64,000 nucleotides of DNA from Curvularia clavata. Its lineage: Eukaryota. A model generated the notes under the pieces. It was not told where the DNA came from, ran no database searches, and saw only the letters and a list, made by a program, of their open reading frames with translations. The first letter of the stretch is position 1. Every line of letters begins with the position of its first letter. Shown here in pieces: positions 1 through 12,408 of this stretch. The translations under genes and the position numbers were made by a program. Location of the stretch: NCBI GenBank assembly GCA_023920165.1, contig CP089277.1, positions 682,001 to 746,000 of the forward strand. The letters are read 5' to 3'.

Positions 1-1476
1 AAGCACCAGAGGACCAAGACAAAAGCCAGGTCGATGGCGCCGTCCCAGAGGGCAATGCCCCTGCACTGGCCGACACCAAGTTCAACGTCGAGGTCAAGCT
101 TGCCGACCTGCAGGCAGACCCCAATAACCCTCTTTTCTCAGTCAAATCCTTTGAGGACCTACAACTGTAAGCTTCATGAGATCGCTGCCTGAACGAACTA
201 ACAAATGCAGCTCTGACGCACTGCTCAAGGGCATCCGCAACATGAACTTCCGTAAACCCTCCAAAGTCCAGGAGAAGGCCCTGCCACTGCTCCTGATGAA
301 CCCGCCCACCAACATGATTGCTCAGTCCCAGTCCGGAACTGGTAAGACAGCTGCTTTCTCGCTGAACATCCTTTCTCGCATCGACCTCTCCAACCCCGAA
401 CCGCAGGCACTGGCACTCGCGCCCAGCCGAGAGCTCGCTCGTCAGATTTTGGGCGTCATCACCCACATGGGCCAGTTTATGGAGGGCCTCAAGACCATGG
501 CGGCTATCCCCGACCCGTCGCGGAGAGGACAACCGTTCAATGCACAGGTGCTGGTGGGCACACCAGGAACGGTTCAAGACATGATCAGGCGGCGATTGAT
601 CAACCCCAAGCACGTCAAGATCCTCGTCCTGGACGAGGCAGACAACATGCTGGATCAACAGGGTTTGGGCGACCAGTGCACCCGCGTCAAGGCCCTGCTG
701 CCCAAGGATATCCAGACAGTTCTTTTCTCCGCTACCTTCCCACCCAACGTCATTGCATATGCGAAGCGCTTTGCGCCCAATGCAAACACGCTGACTCTGG
801 CCCACGAGGAGCTGACCATTGAAGGCATCAAGCAGCTCTACGTTGATATCGACAAGGACAACGACAAGTACGCCACACTACTCAAATTCTACGGTCTGAT
901 GACCCAAGCCTCTTCTATTATTTTCGTGCGAACCCGTAAGACGGCTGAGGAGCTCGAGCAACGCATGGTAGCAGAGGGTCACAAGGTTGCACAGTTGAGC
1001 GGTGCCCTCGAGGGTCCTGAGCGCGACCGTATCATTGATCAGTTCCGTTCCGGAGAGGCCAAGGTTCTCATTACCACCAACGTGCTTGCCCGTGGTATCG
1101 ATGTACAGTCTGTTACCATGGTCATCAACTACGTAAGTCATGATGCTATTAGCCCAGCGCACAAAGGCTTGATGCTAACAAATCGCAGGACGTTCCAACA
1201 ATGGCAAACGGTATTGATGCTGACCCTGAAACGTATCTCCACCGAATCGGTCGAACTGGTCGTTTTGGACGTGTCGGTGTCGCGCTAACCTTTGTGCATG
1301 ACAAGCAAAGCTGGTCGCAACTACACTCTATCGCATCCTATTTCAAGACAGATCTATACCCAATCGATACATCTGACTGGGATGCCGTGGAGGAGATGAT
1401 TCAGGCCGTTATCAAGTCTTCGCGAGCAGGAAAGACTACAGAAGAGATGACTGAAATGATTACCAAGGGGGCCTAG
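1..1476 (+). CDS. DBP5: DEAD-box RNA helicase Dbp5 (mRNA export); 5' end lies outside the window
   Basis: Exons 1-166, 211-1132, 1189-1476; introns 167-210 and 1133-1188 (GT..CTAAC..CAG). N-terminal [23 protein letters not shown], then [20 protein letters not shown] and [12 protein letters not shown]. Confidence 0.95.
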
Positions 1477-1931
1477 AAAATTTTGAGCGTACAGAATATG
1501 GAAACATGGTAGTTTTGTCTCCAAATTAGGAAAGATATGAAAGGGAAAGGAATTGCATACCATGGAAATGAATCAAAGATACCCAAGCTTAAGCAAGCAA
1601 GCAAGTTTACCAAGTCCGTTTTGTTGGTCTCTCCCCACAACTAGTAACACCGCCACTCTTCAAACTAGCTGTTACAGCTCTCTATTACTTTAATTCTCTT
1701 GGCACTTACAACTATACTGTTTTAAAAGTAGCAGTGATTGTCACAATTACTGTTTACTATGTTGACAGCTTGTTTTGATTTTCCAGACTTCCAGGTTGGA
1801 GAGTTTACACCGTTAATGATAAATAGCTGCGACAGATACCGCTTCTTTCAAAAAGTAGATGAGCTAGTTTTATTCAAATTTCATTAGTCATAGGATAGAG
1901 AATCCATTCATTTGCATTCCTCGTTTCATCA

Positions 1932-2865
1932 TCACGTCTCAAACGCACTGGGAGCCGTAACCAATATAACAACAAGACTACTTCCTATCAGGGCACCCGC
2001 AATAGCACTAACCAGAATAATACTGCCCCTCGACGCCGGAAACTTGCCGCGAATAACATAATGCTGCGCTTCAAAGTATCTGTGAAATCCAATCAAAAGC
2101 ATAATGATACTGATGCCTATGAATGTCGCGCCGAGCGGTTTCCCCAACTGTCGCAGTTTGGCCTGTGGCGAGGACGGCGACGTGTGGTCTGGCGCATTGG
2201 ACAGCGATGTGTTGAGTCGGAAGAGCTGCGTGATGGCTATGCCTATGCTGGCGAAGGAGAGGGAGGTGCGCAGCCAGGCGAGGAATGTGCGTTCTGTTTG
2301 TTGCGCGATGGGTTAGCATTGCGTTCTGGGTCATATGTACTCTGTATATCTTGAAAAAGAAATGCGGGGAGAAGGGGGAAGGGAATAGAGAAGACATACC
2401 CAGCGCCAAATGATCCCTCGCTACACTCCCCTTGTTATCCAGCTCTATGCTCCCGTATTTCTCCCAGAAACCAGCCCACCATCCTTTTTCCCGGCGTGTG
2501 GTTGCTGCCGCTGCGCTTTCGGCGCCCGTTGTTCGCGCTTCTCTTTCCTGTTGTCTTTCCCCGCCGCCAGATACGCTGTGTTCGCTGTGACCTTTTTTGT
2601 GCGACTGCGCGGGCTGGAGTCGAGACCCCGATGTGGTTTCTTGCTCTGCGCCGTCCGTGGCTGGCGATGGGCTGGGATGACGTTGGGTGTGGTCGCGTGG
2701 GTGCATGCTTGGCGATAGGGTGTTGTAATCTTTGAGGGAACTGGGCTTGGATGACTGAATTATCGGCGATGTTTCGTTCGCTATTGTCGCTGGTCGTGTA
2801 GCGTTGGCGCGCTCGGAAGAAGATGTGTCTGGGATGCGTTTGCGAGGGCCCGAGGAGTCTGGCAT
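1932..2865 (-). CDS. DUF202 (YidH/Vtc1-like) three-TM membrane protein with disordered N-terminus
   Basis: Intron 2294-2399 joins ARDHLAL to ERTFLAWLRTSLSFASIGIAITQLFRL, the DUF202 signature; further hydrophobic helices follow. Confidence 0.85.
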
Positions 2866-3576
2866 GGTGCTTCCCGGTAACTATGCGGATCTAGTGGTTC
2901 TCTACTGGGTTTTGGACAAAAATGGCAAAAGATCTAGACAACAGTATGGACTTTGGGAGAAAGGGGGATAGAGCTGTTGTTACAGTAAGCTACATGTGGC
3001 TGGGCTTGCAGAACAAAGTTTCAAATGGTAATACATATCGGCATGGAAACGTCCTCGGGAATCGGGGGAACGTCATTTAAGCTCGATAAGGCGACATGAG
3101 CGTTCCTGGCGCGTTGACCCACTCCCCACGGGGAAGGGGATCAAGGCTCGACTTGCCCTGCATGCTGCAATTGAACGTGCACAAAAAGTACAGGCTAGCT
3201 CATGAGGTCCTCTTGTCGCAAAGAAGAGGTTGTACTAGTGCGTGAGCGATTGGTACGATGCCGGACATCAAATCCGCGACTGGCCTATCAGGGTCGAACA
3301 TTCTCCGCAACGGAGCCAAGCCACCTTTCTCTGTCAATTGTCCAATCCAATCAGAACATCAGCAAAGTTGGTATTTCAAATCTAAAAATTGTTACTGGTA
3401 TATACTCCTTGCACAGCAAGCCATCATGCCTCCAAAACATGCTTATCATAAATGCGCAGCGACGAAACACAACACTCCTGGTTGCAACAATGTCTTGAAA
3501 TCGCCCTTGCGAACGCCACCCAATGACCCCGAAACGGATCGACCAACAAGAACTTCAAAATCCGCCGTGCACTTTC

Positions 3577-4736
3577 TTACTCGTTGTAGTGGTACACCTG
3601 TCATTGCTGTTAGCAAGGTGGTCATTATAGTCATGGAAAATAGGAAAACATACAAGGTAGTTGGGCAGTCCATAGCTCTCCCAATTCAATCGGGCTGCCA
3701 TCTTAGCAAAACCCTCAGTCTCAATGAGGTGATAGAATGAAAATGGCGGGAACATGGCACCATCACGGTGGACCTCAGCCTTGACCAACAGTGTAGCACC
3801 TCCTACACCGTCGAGCTTGATCTTGGCATGAGGGTCTGCAGACGGGTCATACATCTTGGCCATCAGGCTGCGGTAGGTTGGCATCTCAGCATAACCTTCG
3901 AGCAGGATATCGTCCTTGCCCATCTTGTTACCCAGCTCCTTTGCCGTGGGGCTGTCGATCCAATTGTTGAAGTCGTACTCGCGTATGTCCATGGCCTTCT
4001 TTTCCTCGTTGTAGTATCTCTGGAAGCAGTTGGGCACAATAATAGGCACGTTGTAATCGGCCAGATCCTGAATTAAAGTGGGCGGGGTCTCCACAATGTC
4101 GGCATCCATCCACAGAACCCAAGACGTTGTAGGACCTAGCGTTGTGAACAGGAGCGAGTTGCGTGCCTTTGCCATGGCGGCCCTGCGCGACTTCTGGTTC
4201 TCCATCTTGTGGCGCTCGGCCTCGTTCTGCGATTGGAGTGGCGACTCGGTGTCCTGGCGGAGGATTGTGATGGAAGCGAAGCGCTTGCTCTTGCTGCCCG
4301 ATTGCGTCTTTGCAATTTGTGCTTGCAATGCGGTGTACGCAGCATTGCCCTCCTTTGTCTTTGGTATTATGAAGCCGAGGGAGATAAGGTGGTGGGGGTA
4401 GGTGAGTTTCATGATGTTGTCCCAGTAGCCTTGATAGAACCTAGCCAATGGTGTAAGGATGAGGACTGTTTCCTCATTTTCGGCGGGCGTGCGGGAGTTT
4501 GTCACGTTGTTCATGTAGTAGTGAACTACTGGCGGCGGGCCCTGAGGAGAATTCGATTTCGACTTGCGGAAGGGAAGCGATGGTGGAGAGAGTGGATTGG
4601 AGGCTACATCACCCCCACCTGACTTGGAAACGGACGGAGTATCGCTGCCGGAGAAGAAGAAGACAAAGAAGCCAATGCAGAGGATACCGGCAAGGATTAT
4701 GGTGATGGGATTCGAGCGTCGGAACGAGCGTGACAT
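3577..4736 (-). CDS. MNN9: Anp1/Mnn9-family (GT62) mannan polymerase subunit, Mnn9-like
   Basis: Type II TM anchor, VLILTPLARF, WVLWMDADIV (DxD), LDGVGG, HLIETEGFAKMA. Intron 3598-3653 gives the C-terminus GLPNYLVYHYNE*. Confidence 0.9.
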
Positions 4737-5246
4737 GATGGCTGGAGTAGATTAGGGGTAAAGGCGAACCGCGGCTGCCAGAGGAGAACAGGGCCCAACT
4801 ACGGCTGGCGCATCAGAAGGAAGAGGCGGTGGGTGGTAGACGGGGTGAACGTGGTGAGCGTGGATCGGCGCAGGGAGAAGCGCGAGACGTGGCCTGGCCG
4901 ACGCTCGGAAATAGGGTTGACAGCGAGCACAACCACGGATTATGTGCTGGAGGCCGGTCTGGGAGACAGAATTGAAAAGGAGGGCGAGGACACGGCTGGT
5001 GTGTGGGTGAAAAAGGGTGGGTAAGCAGATTAATTACAGGAGGAGCGTCGACAATGTCCGTATGCACAGTCGCGAATGTTGCGGCTCTGCTTACGTACAC
5101 CTCCAATCGCTGCAGCCCTCCGCCTGGCTAACTGCCTTTGTATACGGTAGTAGAACTAGTGTCGCTCGCTAGCGTCGAAGCGTCATGGATGCTTGTATCT
5201 CCAACACCACTTCTGCCCAGCGCCGTCGTCAATTGAGTCTCGACAA

Positions 5247-8200
5247 ATGCCTCTGCTGGTCGCCCGACGATGGCCAGTCGTGACGCGTTTCCACGCTGCC
5301 CTGGCTAGTCGGCGCCCTGCACAGCGCTTCTATGCCGCACCCCCACCATCAACCAGCGGCTTGCGCGAAGGAGCCAGACGAAAGCCGATCACTGGTGGTA
5401 TAATTATACCCGACTCTGTTCAAACACAAGTAAGATACACACGTCCTCCGTCCAACACTATGTGCTAACGTTTCCGTAGCCGCATCATCTCTTCGAGTCT
5501 ATCAAGCCCTTGTCGCCATCTCACGCTCCAAAGAGAAACTTCGCCGTTTTCTTCGTCACGCCCTCCTATGCGCACTTCCTACTTGACGATGACGCTTTCC
5601 TCCGCACAGCCCTTCGGCGCATCTATAAGGAGGCTATTGAAACTCCAGGTCTCACCATAAGTGCGCTTTGCGCTGTCGTAGATAAATTGCCAGCTCCCCA
5701 ACCGTGGAATGATCGGACTTTGGAGTCTCAGCTATCACTGCGCAAACAAAGTCCACCTGTTGCTGGAACGGGCTTTGAAGGCATAGCCTACGTTTCTCTC
5801 CCGTCTCGTGCTTCTGTGCCATCCAATGAGTCTCCCTTGTCACCAGAGCATGGTGCCATCGACTTCATCACTTCGGACTACGTTTCCAAGGACGAGGTCT
5901 GTCTTGACACATTGCGCCTACCCCTTGCCAATACTGTTTTCCAGACGGGAATGCCGACGACTATGTTCCATTCAAGCTGGAAGACTAATGGAAAGACTGG
6001 CGAACTGACTCAGGTTACCAAAACGACACCTTCCCACCATGCCGTTCGGTTGGCGGAAAGCAGTAATGCTTCGGATCTCGAGTCTGCTCTTAGCATTCCA
6101 TTACTTCCCCTCACCTTACCTCGTGTTGTAGAGGGATGCATGGGCAATATCATTCGTCGTGTTGTTGACGCTAATGGGAAAAGTATCCAGGCATCTTCAG
6201 AACTGGAGAACGTGGTTCCCAGGTTCTTCTCGTCTAGAAATCAACCAGCACAAGCGACAGTTGCTTGGGCGTTGGTTATTCCTAAGAACTTGAAACATAC
6301 AATCAGCGCCAGAACCGAAGAACTTCTTGCCAGCCTACCGACTGGAGATGGTTCAAATTCCGTTGACCATGCCTGGGAACGTCTATGGCGCAGCGATCCG
6401 CCTGTTTGGAACACTCTTGTATCTCATGCGCTTTCTGAGGGTGCCCGTCTCCATCGTGTCCTAAGCGGAGGAGGTGGATGGGGAAAGAAAGCAGGTCTGC
6501 TGTCCTTGGATCCGGTACCTGCCAAGGAATCGTCTGGATTGCCAACTGGCCCGGAGTCTCTAGCCACCGTTGACGATCCAGGAAACTTTGAATCCAATCT
6601 TACACCAGTCGTGCAAGATGGCGATTCGATACAATTTTTTACCTTGCCCAAATCTGAGCTTGCTCAAGAGGCGCGAGAGTCTGACAACTACCAAACAGTC
6701 TCCAAATTGACGGATGCCAACGACTCTGAAGGCTGGGAACTAGGCACAATCCCCAGCACAATGGATTCCATACCTGGAGAGTCATGGCAACACATGGGAG
6801 GCGAAAAGCATCATTCTGCTTTCTTTCAAGGTAGTTTCGGCGCTTTGACAGAAGGTGCCCTGACGATAACTCGTCGCCGTCGCAGGGACGTGGATAAGAC
6901 TAGCTCAGTCTACACGACTATGCTTGATGTGCCTTTCTCCCGTTTCTGGGCCATCAATCCAGCTCAATCACCTGAGAGCATCGCGAACCATAAAGACGTA
7001 GATCGTGTTGGTAAGGATAAGGATGTAGGTGAGCCTAATTCAGGGTAGCCTCTACTCACACTGTATTCTAATTCCAAAAGTAGTCAGTTCAAAACTCAAA
7101 TAAACTGTATTCTTCATTATCCAGAGATGTTACCAGCTCTTCTTCTCGCCATATAGGAAGTGTTCGGGCTAACTGCCAATCAAATGACTTGCAAACGGGT
7201 CTTTTTCGACATAATCTGATTGTCGACAAACCAGTGTCAATGTGCAGATTTTCAAGTTCTGCACTAGCAAAATATGGACAGTCTAGAAGCGTGAGGATAG
7301 ACTCGGATAGCTCGACGACTGACGTTGAAAGGCCCAAATCTACAAGCCAACAACCTGAATCAGGAAAGTTGCAAGGAAAGCCTAGAGATTTTTCCACCGA
7401 GATAGAAGGTCTCCAAAAATCTGCACCGAAGTTGACATTACCGGACTTAATACGCGTGCTCGGTGTCACTGGTGTCCCTAAGTCTGGTCGGCTTCGTGCT
7501 CGCACCGCTAGGATTATAATGTATGAGATTAGAAGGAGGTTCAACGAACAACTGTTTGAATACCGGGCCATTACTTCAGGCCGCCATAGGCAAAGTTCCA
7601 GAAGAGCAAACCTCCAAAGCGTACAAGTCAAGCCTGAACTCGGGAGTACAAATCAAGGCGAAAGCTCAACCAGACGCATTCCTCGTCAAGAGAAGGGTAG
7701 TTCTCGGAAGAAACAGAAGGATACCAGTGACGACAGCGATGACGCCAAGAGGAGAAAGGACAGTGCACATGACCATAGGCAGAATAAGAGGGTATCCAGC
7801 CCTAAGAAGAAAAGGACACAGGCCCCGCCAATCCGCAAACTCTCTATCAATCCCAAACCTAAACCAAAAGCACTAAGAACAACACTCCACATGCTATCCT
7901 TCAAGGTTTCTCGCCTAGCAGACGAAGCCGGAGCCATCATCGCAGCTATCCGCTCACGCCAACCACGCACAGCACAGCAGTCACGAGCCCGCTTGCCAAC
8001 AAGAACGCGCCGCTCCCTAGAGGGACAACGAATATCTCAATCACGCCTATCAGTCTTGAAGAAAAACACTCCACACCGTGCTGGCACTCATCTTCGACAA
8101 CACCCCAAGAAGCAATACCCACCTAGAGTCCGCCGCGTCCAAGCACGACTACGCCCCCGCGTCAACATAAAACTGCATCCCTCCTTCAGCTTGGGAACTA

Positions 8201-8457
8201 TCCGCTTCCCAGACGGCAGCAGAGCGAAACTCAAGCGGCGACCTCGTCCTCACCACTTCTTACATTCATCATCTAGTCGCAGCGTGGGGGAGAGAGGCAT
8301 GTTGAGAAGAGTACCAGTGGTGGTGGTACAGCGGAAGAGGGAGGCGAAGAGGTCGCAGAGGAAGAGGCAGAGGGAGGCGAAGAGGTTAGCCGAGACGGTG
8401 GAGTCGTGGCTTGGTGGTGGGATGACTGGGAATGGAAGTAAAGGTGGGATAATGTAA
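5247..8457 (+). CDS. Hypothetical protein with mitochondrial-presequence-like N-terminus and a probable long basic C-terminal extension
   Basis: ATG 5247; intron 5430-5479 joins in frame to the 512-aa ORF (LRLPLANTVFQTG, RLHRVLSGGGGWGKKAGLLSLDP). Candidate intron 7029-7087 joins in frame to the 422-aa ORF ending at 8457; otherwise the stop is at 7048. Confidence 0.65.
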
Positions 8458-9274
8458 TTGATCAGAGGAGATTGAGAGAAGGGGTGAGGGGTGAGGGGTG
8501 AAATGTATAGATGGTTATTGTAAGATATACAGTGGTGTTGTAAAGTATATGTAATTCTTTATGTAGTCGCGTGTGGAATAGTATATATGGGGTATCTCCC
8601 GTGGAAATGCTCTTTTCTGATTACCTTGTTTGGGACCGTATGTGAATAACTCTGAACAGTGTGTCCTCAGCTGTGCATTTAATGACTAGCCAGAAAGTGC
8701 CAGTAGACAAAGACCACCACACGACAAAACACGAGCACATTGCTTCACTATAAAAAGCCCTAATTCATCATTTCCCGTCACGCACACATCGCATCTATGC
8801 TAAGCCAGTTGCCCCCCCTGGGAAAAGAAAGGAAACCCAGCAAATTCACGTCTCCCCCCGGCACTCCGCCACCGATTACACAAAACAAGTGGGCAAGTTT
8901 GCTTTGATGTTCGCATAGCCCACCAATTCCATCCATCCAGCTTTTTTACGCTCCTGTGTAACTCCGAGGCTCATAAATTACTAGAATTGGGGAAAGAAAA
9001 AAACTAGGAAGAAAAGAGAACAAGACATGAGATTATTCCTAGTACTTCGGCCGTTTTCACGCCCAAAAAAAAAGGAAAATCAGTCTCGTATACGTGCACA
9101 GAATGACAAGATGGGAACCTCGGGTACGAGGTAAGCGGCAAGATGCAGCTACATCCAATCTTTAGGAGATGTGAGATGGTCGTGGAAATGGCACATGAGG
9201 TCTCATGTGTGTGCGTGTGTGATTATGCGTCAGGACGCGCCCGACACAACAGACGGTTAGACTGCGAGACTGGT

Positions 9275-10255
9275 TTATAGATCCACCTTGGAGGCCGTGA
9301 AATCCCATAGCATCTTCACGAGAGAATCGGGCAGCGTGTAAAGGTCGACGTGGAATTCACCGTCTGTCACATGTCAGCATATGTTTCTCGCTCCAGATGT
9401 TTGAACCAACTTACTCTCGACGTCGTTCTTGGTGTACGTCTCGCTCGTCTTGTTGTCATGGACCAGGGTGACGACGTGTAGAAGATCATCTTCACCGAGC
9501 TTTTGCAGACCGTCCGCCAGCTTCTCCATGTCTACGTTCTTGTCCTTTCGGCTCTTCTTCTTGGCGGCATCCTTGTTGCGCATACCATTTGCGTCGGCAG
9601 AACCGGACTCGGCGAGGAGGGCGAGAAGTTCTGGCTTAGGATTCCGGAAAGTCTGTCATAGTGGGATCAGTAACTTTTTCCAACGCGACACGGGACATGA
9701 TGGCTAGAGACTTACCACCTGGTGCTTAGCTTCGTACCGCTCAGACTGGAAGTTGAGGTCGTGCTCGAGTGTGTGGTCACCGCCCTTGCCAACAGCGGTC
9801 AAAACAATGGTCATGTCGAACTCACCCCAACCCTTCTCATCGATACGGAACGGAGGCTTCTTGATGACTTTGCTCGCAGTTAGCATTTCTACACTCAAGG
9901 TGGCAAAGGGAAGCACGCGCACCATGCTTGTTCTTCTCGAATGACGGGTGAAGGTTGTAGACAGCCTTCTCAAAGACGTTGGGCATGACTTCGTTACCTT
10001 GGTCGTCTAATAGCCAAACCTCTATACTCCATGTCCGCATGGGAAAACCCTCGACAGGTGAAGGTTCATCGCTGTTCGTAGGTTAATGACTGCTCTTGTG
10101 GATACGCGTCAGGACGGCGCTTGCGAATGCGCGCGACGGAGACATACATGGGCTTTTGGTGGGTGACGAGCTTGACCCATCGCTTGACCTATTCGACTGT
10201 CAGTTTCTGTGCAGGCAACTGCGCATTTATTGAGGGCGCAACGTACGTCTGGCAT
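9275..10255 (-). CDS. TAF14: YEATS-domain transcription factor subunit Taf14 (Tfg3/Anc1)
   Basis: Six exons; introns 10189-10246, 10072-10147, 9868-9922, 9653-9715, 9364-9414. Motifs GFPMRTWSIE, YNLHPSF, PPFRIDEKGWGEFDM and ET domain GEFHVDLYTLPDSL. Confidence 0.95.
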
Positions 10256-10923
10256 CTTGTCTGACTTGCGCCTCGAGGACGGAGTATACTAAAGCAACTA
10301 GTTGTTGGCTGCGGTGTTTCGCACAAGGTAATTTTATCGAATACAGGCTAGAACGGGAGCCGAGATGTATGCGACCTTGGTAGTCTGGCTCTGGCGATAA
10401 AACCGTGACGCGTTTGGGAGAGGTGAGGGTTGAAAGTGCAGGCGGTGGCTGGTCTGGTCGCGAGCTACGACTTGGTGGAGGTTAGGTGATGCACGTCGCG
10501 GGCGGGGCGGTGGAGGCTGTTTACGAGCCGGTACTTGGTCTTGGCGCAGACGGTCAAGCCCTGCGACGCCTCCACGTCTTGTGAATGTACATACGGCAAT
10601 GGTCCAGTCAAATTCACCATGTAAGAGAGTTTCTTTCACGTTTGCAGGTGAAGGACAGAGTGAAGGCCCGGTTTGTTCCTAGCTGGGAGAGAGACTACAA
10701 CACCTACGAGTTACCAAGAAAGCCGATTTGGGGGAAATGCCGTTGACTACAGTAGTCTGGCTGTTTAGTTACTATCTAATTGTTTGCAGGTTACAGGGCA
10801 CCTCTGCTACCGCCAGGATATATTATCATCCCAAAATGTTCCTCGTTGTTCGTGCAATACATGCTCATCCATCATCCCTTGTCCCTCGTTATCCTCCGCC
10901 TCAGCCCGATGCTGACATCTCTT

Positions 10924-11834
10924 TTACTCCGACTTGCCGAAGAGGGCCTCGTTCTCTTGCTGGGCCTTGATGAAGGCTTCCTTGAACTGGTTGGCATCTG
11001 GTATACATAGTTAGCATTCTCCTCTTTTGTTGCACAAACACGTCATCACTCACTCTCGCTGTTGGCGAAACGGATCGCAAGTGTCTGCGCCTCAGGCTCG
11101 CCCTCACTGACATCGGCGGCGGCGTTCCAGACCCAGCTGCGGTCGCTACCTACGTTGGGGGACAGCTTCATGTCGGGGACAACTATGCACGTCTCAGTAT
11201 CATCGTCTCTTCTTGCCCATGGCGTGAATCATACCGTAGTGGTTGGCGCAAACCTTGAGAGTCTTGTCTCGTCGCATGACAAGGCGTGTCTTGCCGTTCT
11301 CCTTGTGCTTCAGTAACCGGACATCACCAGTGCCTCGCTCCTTCCACTCTCGCGACTCTCTGTCAAACTTGAAGAGCTTGGCGCGCATCTTGAACACTTG
11401 CTCCTCGAGCTCCTCGTTGGTCTTGGTGTCAACCTTCTCGGTAAGGTGAACGACGGGCTGGAACTCGACGTCAGGCTCTTCGTTTTCAGGGTTCTCATCC
11501 TAATACAATGTCAGCAGGGTCTCTAAAGCAGCTCGGTCAAGATACGCACATCTGCCTTGTTCTTGGAAGAACCTGATGGCTCGTCGACGTCATCCTCCTC
11601 CTTCTTTGCCTTTGCAGGGCCGCCACCGAACATGGAGAAGACGTTGTCCTTTACTGCAGCCGCGGCCTCGGTCGCCTTTTCCGTGATGGGCTTGCTCTCT
11701 GTGCTCTCGGTCGTCGTCTCGGCCTTGTCGGCAGCCTTGTCAGTGGTGACCTTTGCAGTCTCGTCTTTGACAAGAGTTGCGCCAGGGTTGGCGGCCTGGT
11801 CGGCGGCGGGGTCTGGTTTGGCGGCTTCAGACAT
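10924..11834 (-). CDS. YRB1: Ran-binding protein 1 (Yrb1)
   Basis: Introns 11500-11549, 11183-11234, 10998-11053. RanBD motifs [51 protein letters not shown]. Confidence 0.95.
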
Positions 11835-12408
11835 TTTTGTTGTATCGGTAATGTATATTAGAGCGTGTGGTAAAGTGGCAAAGAGAAAGTCTTTGTGTTA
11901 GGTGGATTCAAGAGTTGAGTGTTCAGTGTCAACGGACTGCCCACAAATTGAGGAAGTGGGATACATGCCCCTCCCTAGGGCGCCTTACTTGATTGGGTAC
12001 AGGGACGTGCGTGACGCAGCTGCCCGACACACTATTTCACTGCAACCTTTTGCAACCAGCGTCGTCTTGAGTGCTCTTTGTACACCGTAATGAGAACAGT
12101 ATTAAAGCAAGCTCGAAATTGCTCGTTATGGATGTAATCTTATGTCGAGGCTAGGGTGCAAAAACTTCATCAAGCCTAAGTAATACCATGCTATGTAAAC
12201 AAACCACGCCTATAACCCGCCATCCCATATAAACGCCACGTACCACAACCAGTCCAGTGTACACACCGGGTATCATGTTTATAACTCCATTCCCTCGTGT
12301 CCGTCAACAATTACAGATTCTACCCGATGAAAGGAAACCATCAGAAACTAGTATTGTGTCCTTAACAGCGGGCTCTCACATTGAGTGGCCCCTCTCCCAA
12401 GTCCAATC

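Noticed and set aside
3202..3740. Plus-strand ORFs overlapping the MNN9 3' end, and the many antisense ORFs throughout the track
   Set aside because: Shadow ORFs of real genes in GC-rich DNA, with no motifs or independent splice support.
8481..8501. GGGGTGA x3 in a 3' UTR
   Set aside because: Too short to support a function; typical G-rich 3' UTR sequence.
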